Assembly: GCF_009914755.1 (NCBI RefSeq)
Contig: NC_060931.1
DNA: 64,000 bases
Direction: 5' to 3' (one strand)
DNA from: the human T2T-CHM13v2.0 reference genome, Homo sapiens
Within the stretch, counting starts at the first letter, position 1; each line of letters opens with the position of its first letter. The translations under genes were made by a program, and so were the position numbers. The notes below the pieces were generated by a model. The model had not been told where the DNA came from. It worked only from the letters and a program-made list of their open reading frames with translations, and ran no database searches. Below are positions 53,926-64,000 of the stretch, one piece after another.

Positions 53926-54651
53926 GAGGCCTGCAGTATCTCCCTCACACATTCAGAACAAATTGAGAACTAGATATAGACATCAGATGGCTGATAATAA
54001 GGCTGATAAAACATCAGCCTTATTATTGAGTAGAGGTGGTTGCTATCCACTGCCACAACTTGTATTTAGCATTGCACTGGAGTTCCTAGCCAATGCAATA
54101 AGACAGGAAAAGGAAATGAAAGGGATAATGATGGAAAAAAAAACAAGACAAAAAACAAAGCCTCAGTGGGCTTCCTGACATTTGCCCCTGCTTTAGATAG
54201 ACTCAAGCCCCCTAGTCACAGGTAGTACCAGACCCCCTAGATCTTCACCACACACACACTTTCTCAGATAAACCCTATGCCCAGAAAATTACTATGGAGC
54301 ACAGCAGAAAATACTGAGAGAGGAGACACAAGGATGGAAAGCAAGGACAGGAGTGTTCCTTTAGCAAAAGTCCTTTCACATATGAGGTAGAGGTGGTGAT
54401 GGAGACTCCCCCAGCAACAACCTCATCTAGGGCCGTAGTGAGCACAGGTTGGTAATCTCTGTGAAGCACTTGGCTTGGTGCTTGCCACACTTGTAGGTGT
54501 ACAGTAAATGCTGTTCTTAATATCAGTATGTGCAAGGTCTTACTTCATTTCATTTCTCCTCTTGTCCTGGAATTCTAAAACAGTTGTCATTGGTGTTTTC
54601 TTTTAAATGAAATGTAGGATCGTTTGGTGATGTTCTAAGAAAAAATATTTC

Positions 54652-54976
<325 letters not shown>

Positions 54977-55517
54977 TCAGCATGTAAATGATTCTGGGGG
55001 ATAGGGTAGGAATTAATCCCAAACAGAAGGAACTAGAAGGATAGCCTGCAAAACTCAGAGAAAGGGAAGCTTGCACTTTAGTACAAAGCTTGCACTACAG
55101 AGGAGTCAAGGGTCAAGTGCATAATGAGAGTGGCAGGGCCTGGCCGAGGTGGGCAGGGAGAGGTCAGTGGGTTCCAGGGAATTTGAGGCCCATGACTAAG
55201 CTGCCTCAGGGGGGCTGATGGGCAGGTATTATAAGCAGGTTGCAGAGGAGAAAAGAGGCTCTGGAAAAGCCAGGAGGTGTAGACAGCCAGGTGGGCTCAC
55301 CAGGTATGACGATGTGGGCACAGGAAGTGAAGGTTAAAGCCAAGAGTGGCACAGTCTCCTGGGGATGCTGAGCCCATGTCCCAAGGTCGGGGTCCTGGTT
55401 CCAGTGTCCAGCTCTAACCCCAGCCACTGTGTGTGTCTGGGCAAGCTGCCAACCCTCTCTGGGCCTCAGATTCTCTTTGTCAAAGGACAGGCACCTCTCT
55501 GTGCCATGATGCTGTGA

Positions 55518-55964
<447 letters not shown>

Positions 55965-56009
55965 TAGCAGCCCCTCTGTTCCCCTCTTCACCACCCCCCC
56001 AGCCCCTGT

Positions 56010-57560
<1,551 letters not shown>

Positions 57561-57859
57561 GTGGGGTTCAAGAAGGGGTTTCTTTTATTTTGTTCATGGA
57601 ATGCTTAAATGCCAACGAGAAGGGGCCAATAAAAGGAGGCGTGGCTGGAACCCTAAAGGTGGTTCGTGGGCTGAGACGTCTGAGCAGGTGGAGGGGAGGG
57701 AAGGGGAACCAAGCATGGGTGGGGTCACCCTTTGGCAGAAGTGGCCTCTCATCCACAGGGAGATGGCCATAGACTTGGACATTTGGAGACACAAGGGTAA
57801 GGACAGTCCCCTAGAGCTAGCCTGAGGCTGAGGACAAAAGGTCAGAAATTCTCAGACAG

Positions 57860-58638
<779 letters not shown>

Positions 58639-59423
58639 TCAGAGAGGGCTCTGCCCAGAGTCAGGAGCAGATGGTGAAGGCAAGGCCAGAGCCCCCCACC
58701 CCTGAGGTCCATCCTGAGCTCAGGGTCCAATCCCTGGTGGTCCTGAGGTTGAAGATAAGCTCCCTGAGCTGCTCACCCTTCGGGTGGCCGACCTGGCCCA
58801 GCTTCTGTCCAGGAACCTCCTCAGCCCCGATCCCAAGGGGAAATGCCAGCCCAGACCCCACTCTTCCTTTAGGCCAGGAGGGCCCCCCAAAACCCAGGCC
58901 CACCCTCCCCAGCAGCCGGGCCACGAGCCGAGTCCCGCCCTACCCAGTCCAGGGTGAGAATTCCGGCCACACGCCCCTGTGATGTGGTCACGTTGGAAAA
59001 ATGTTAATCAAATATTCTCCTCCGTGTTTCTTTTCTTTCCCAGGCTGAATTCCTAGAAGACAGGAATTTATGGTGTGAGAGCTCCAGTCCCCGCAGACCC
59101 ACTGCCAAGGTCAACAGCACGAGGCGGGCATCCCTGCCAAGTGGGGAGTGGAGTCGTGGCTTTAGGAGTTGGTTGCAAGGAAAAACCAAAGTACGTGCAT
59201 TAAAAAAGAAAAAAAAAAAAAAGAAATCCCTTCTCTCCCTCAAGTTCCCAAACTGGGGCTTAAACAAGGTCTCCCAGCATGGCCCGGGCAGGCCTCTGGT
59301 CTGGGAACAGAGTCTCCCTTGGAGATAGGGCCTGCGACGCTGTCACGGGGGCGTCCCTCGGGTCCCTGGAGGGTCTGGAAGTTGCTCCTTCTCTCAGACC
59401 AAAGCTCAGCAGCTCAGCCTCAC

Positions 59424-59457
59424 GGGGCGGCGGGTGGGGGGGGGGCGGGGGCGGGGG
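59424..59457 (+). other. Canonical G-quadruplex motif with GC boxes
   Basis: GGGGCGGCGGGTGGGGGGGGGGCGGGGGCGGGGG: five runs of at least 3 G with short loops. Confidence 0.7.
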
Positions 59458-60597
59458 CAGGATCTCCGTGGTGACCCCACCTCTCTGGCCAACCCAGGGC
59501 AGTTGACATGAACACAACACATATCATCCTGGGCCCTGTCACCAAGCCCCCTGAGGTGGGAGCCTGCTTCATCTCATCTCGCCTCTGCCATCTTGGTTCT
59601 GGGGTCTTGACTCTCCAGAGAGCAAGCTCCTCGCAGACTCGGGCACCAAGGTCTCTGGCAGCAGAGAGACTGGGGATGCTGCCTGTAGTAGCGGAGGGGA
59701 GGTGAGGAGGGGGCTGGAGACCACCCAGACTCAAACCCAGATGACCCGATGCTGGGAAGATAGCCTTGGCCCCAGCCCCGAGCCCCGCAGGTGTAACTGA
59801 GCATCCACGTGTCACCCATCTGCCTGACACGTGCTGAGTTCCACTGTGTCCCGGGCACCTGGAAAAAGGGGAAACCAAGGCAGAGGAGGCCTCACCGCCA
59901 AGTGGGGCATGGAGGAAAGACTGATGAAAAAATGGAGGTGACTGTCACATGAGAACCAGGGGGCTGGAGGGACTGTGGGTCCCCGGAGGAGAGAGCGGCC
60001 GCCCTGGGGCTGCAGGGGAGGACGCTGGTTTGAGAAAGCTTTCTGAAGGGAGTTGCACCCTGAGAGGGGCCAGAGTTCACCAGGCGGACACGCAGTGGGA
60101 GAGGGGGCTTGCTTGGAAGGAACATTCCAGCTGAGGCCAAAGCATGTGCAAAGGCCCAGAATGTTTATACCTTGGTAAGACTTTTCATATAAATAAGTTC
60201 TCAAATCCAAAAAACAAAACGGCCTCTGGCAAGCCACATGTCTGGGTTTCTTGCTTGGAAAAGGAAGCCCTGCCCTGCCCCAAGCCTGGGACCACGAGAA
60301 AGTGGGGCCTGACACTTCTCAGGTCCCTGCCCCCTTCCCTGGCAGCCACACAGACAGCACCACACCGTGCACCCCCCAAGAGAGTCCTCAAGCCCTGTTC
60401 TGTCTGTCCCCTCCTCACTGCCTCACACCAACAGCCTCCTCACCGTCACCTCACTCCTGCTGGGCGCCTCCTCAGGCCCAAGCACCAACTCCAGCCTGTT
60501 CTCTGCCCTGTACCAGGAGGCTGGGGAGTAGACAAGGGGCAGCCTCCTGGAGTCCAGGGTCCTTCCAGGGTCTCTACTCCCTGAATGCATGGGGTAG

Positions 60598-61005
<408 letters not shown>

Positions 61006-61099
61006 TAACCCACCACCCACACCCACAGGCAACCTTTCCAATGCATTCAAGGTGTGCCCTTTCATTCACGTGCGTTCTTGTAAAACAAGGATCACTCAT

Positions 61100-61250
61100 G
61101 GCTACTAATGGGGACGGATCTTCCTTTTGGGGTAACTCACATGTCTCAGAACTAGATAGAGGTGAGTGTGCTAAATGCCACTGAATTGTACCCTTTACAA
61201 GTGGTTCATGGTTAACTTTATGTTATGTGAATTTTACCTCCATTTCTTAA
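61100..61250 (+). mobile_element. L1M 3' terminus fragment
   Basis: AATGCCACTGAATTGTAC...TTTATGTTATGTGAATTTTACCTC. Confidence 0.75.
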
Positions 61251-61346
61251 TATGCGTATCACTGTTTTGGAGGAGTTTTGATTTACCCAAGTGGAACTGG
61301 GCTATGGATTATATTTCTGTCTTACTCTTTCTTCTCAGAGTCTGGT

Positions 61347-61840
61347 GTTTTTTTTATTTGTTTTGTTTTTTTGAGACAAGGTCTTGCTCTGTCTCCCAGG
61401 TTGGAGTGCAGTGTGTGATCCTAACTCACTGCATCCTTGAACTCCTGGGCTTAAGCGATCCTCCCGCCTCAGCCTCCTGACTAGCTGGGACTACAGGTGC
61501 ATGCCACCACACCCGGCTAATCTTTTTAAAAAAATGTTTTTGTAGAGATAGGGTCTCAATATGTTGCCCAGGCTGGTCTTGAATTCCTGGTCTCAAGCGA
61601 TCTTCGCACCTCAGCCTCCCAAGGCACTGGGAATACATAGCAAGACCTCATCTCTACAAAAATAAACAATTAGCCAGCTGTGGTGGCTCGTGCCTATAGT
61701 CCTAGCTACTTGGGAGGCTGAGGTGGGTGGATCGCTTGAGCCCAGGAATTCAATGCTGCAGTGAGCTAGGTCATACCACTGTACTCCAGTCTGGGCCACA
61801 GATGGAGAACCTGTCTCTAAAAACAAAAACAAACAAAAAA
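61347..61840. mobile_element. Two inverted AluJ-like elements fused head-to-head
   Basis: The minus Alu runs to ~61637 and the plus Alu continues at ACATAGCAAGACC with no spacer. Confidence 0.88.
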
Positions 61841-62370
61841 GTAAGATTCTGAAGTTGCTAGAACAAATTGTGGGAGAAGATCTTTTGACACAGAAGTGAA
61901 GGACTCCTGAAACAAAACCTCAAAAAATGCATAAACCAGAAAGCTTCCCCCGCCAGCCTCCTGCCTCACCCAGAGGAAGTGGCGTTTCCTCCCGGACGCC
62001 GGCCTGGGCGCTGCCCACCTGGTGAGTCATGGGCCACTCTCTTCTGAGGCTGGCGGCCTGGCCCACCCTTCCCGTCGGTACCCAGGAGGGAGCACAGCCT
62101 GCAATGGCCGCCTTATCTCACCCTCGCCCATGGCCCCGCAGACATGAGGTCAGGGCCGGGGATGTAATGAGGGTGGGAGGTGGGAGGCAGTGGAGGGTCA
62201 GGGAGAGGTCAGAGGTCGCTGGCAAAGCTGTTGCTGCACTTTGGAGGTGAGGGTGGGGGGCAAAGCAGACCCTTAAGGGACCTCAGCCAGGCCCCAGGGC
62301 TGGGGGTGGCAAGAGGTTCGTGTCATCACAGTGTGGCCGGGTCAGGGGAACAGGGACAGGTGCCCCAGGC

Positions 62371-62725
62371 CAGGGGAGAGAGGGCCCCAAACCCCAGCCC
62401 CTTCCAGAATCTTATCTCCAGGGGAGAGAGGGACCCAGATTAGGATTTTCTATCTAAGACAGTCCACACCCCTACCCCTTCCAGAATCTTATTTCCAGGG
62501 AAGGGAGGGCCCCAGATTAGAATCTCCGATCTGAGCCTGTCCTCACTCCCAACCCCTTCCAGAATCTTCTTTCCAGAGGAGAGAGGGCCCCAGATTATGA
62601 TTTTCGATCTGAGACAGTCCACACCCCTACCCCTTCCAGAATCTTCTTTCCAGGGGAGAGAGGACCCCAGATTAGGATCTCCGATCTGAGACGGTACGCA
62701 CCCTCTACCCCTTCTAGAATCTTCT
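62371..62725. repeat. 77/78-bp minisatellite, four full units plus partial ends
   Basis: CTTC(C/T)AGAATCTT starts at 62401, 62478, 62556, 62633 and 62711. Confidence 0.95.
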
Positions 62726-63583
62726 CTTGTTTCTCCAATGGCCCTTTGAGGCCAATCCCCTTCTGGCCAAAACACACGGCCAGACAAGAAAGCCATTGAG
62801 AGAACAAGCAAGGGTGTGTCTGTGCCCACTGGGGTGTCCCCAGAGCTCTTTGGGCATCTGTGTCTTACCCCTTTCATCATCCGACAAAGGGTGACTCAAC
62901 ACCAGCACCAGCCCCGCGCCTTCGTCCCGGGAGGGCTGAGTCCTTCTGCGGCGTTGGGTCTGGGTCCCAGGGCTTGCCAGTTCTGCCGATGCCTGTCACC
63001 TGGGTGCAAGCCTGTGTGTGGGCCCACATGTGTGCCTGCAGATGTCTCTGCATGTGACATGTGCATGCCAAGTGTCCAGCTGTCTATCCCTTATGCTTAG
63101 TCTCTGAGTCTGGGCTGACTGTGCTGATGGCACTTTTTCCAAAGGTTCCTGGTAACTGGGACAAGTCAGTGTGTCCTCCAGCTTGTTGTCAGGGGTCCCT
63201 GGGCAGTGCTAGGCAGCAGCTTTTGGATGGGCAGTCAGTCGGTCAACATATGTTTATTTTGGGGTGTATATAGGCGGTCCTGGGGGCTTGCTGTCTCATC
63301 TGCCTCCATCCACCGGTCTGCAGGGACTGCAAATGAGGACATAGTTGTCCCCTCTGGCCGGTGTTGCTGTGTGTCTCTGTAGTTAAAGGTGTACCCTGGA
63401 GCCCTTCCCCTTCCCTGGGTGCCTGGTTTGTGGGGTTTCTGTCCTGGGTTAGCAGGGGGCAGGGGGACCTAATCCATGGTCAATACCTCCCTCCACCTCA
63501 CTCCCCAGCAGAAAACCCAAATGTGCATGGAGAAAGAGCACTGGCTCAACTGTCCCCAAAGTATAGAGACAGATGATTAATAG

Positions 63584-63690
63584 ATGCATACATACATGTG
63601 TATATGTATGTATACACACACATCCATCCATCCATATGCATACATACACACACATCCATACATGTACATACACAGATATGATATCACATA
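63584..63690. repeat. (CATA/CA/CATC)n simple repeat
   Basis: Direct inspection. Confidence 0.85.
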
Positions 63691-63725
63691 GAATAAAATA
63701 CTCCAACTGACGTCTGAACTTTTAA

Positions 63726-64000
<275 letters not shown>

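Noticed and set aside
62371-62725. CRISPR-like repeat-spacer array
   Set aside because: The intervening segments are homologous to each other, the DNA is primate, and there are no cas genes; it is a minisatellite.

Overview
Primate, most likely human, non-coding DNA. I recognise no protein-coding exon, RNA gene, processed pseudogene or CRISPR array, and I cannot name the locus. The window has two compartments. Bases 1-21.4 kb are AT-rich and consist of old, decayed LINE-1 copies (mostly minus strand) riddled with Alus, plus MER and MLT1 elements. Bases 21.4-64 kb are GC-rich unique sequence interleaved with many Alus, MIR/L2 relics, an MSTA-like LTR, and several simple or tandem repeats, with motif clusters that look like enhancers. 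Nearly all ORFs in the track are Alu, L1, simple-repeat or GC-rich chance ORFs. The best observations are three. (1) A ~0.8-kb inversion between two oppositely oriented Alus, shown by a split 15-bp target-site duplication and reciprocal AluJ/AluS chimeras (32.95-33.77 kb). (2) A 77/78-bp tandem array with a heat-shock-element-type motif at the start of every unit, three of them perfect (62.4-62.7 kb). (3) A 2.5-kb C-rich 6/12-mer array with higher-order structure, whose units match the PRDM9 13-mer recombination motif (24.6-27.1 kb). Repeat boundaries and subfamily calls were made by eye and are approximate. Regulatory calls rest on motifs only.
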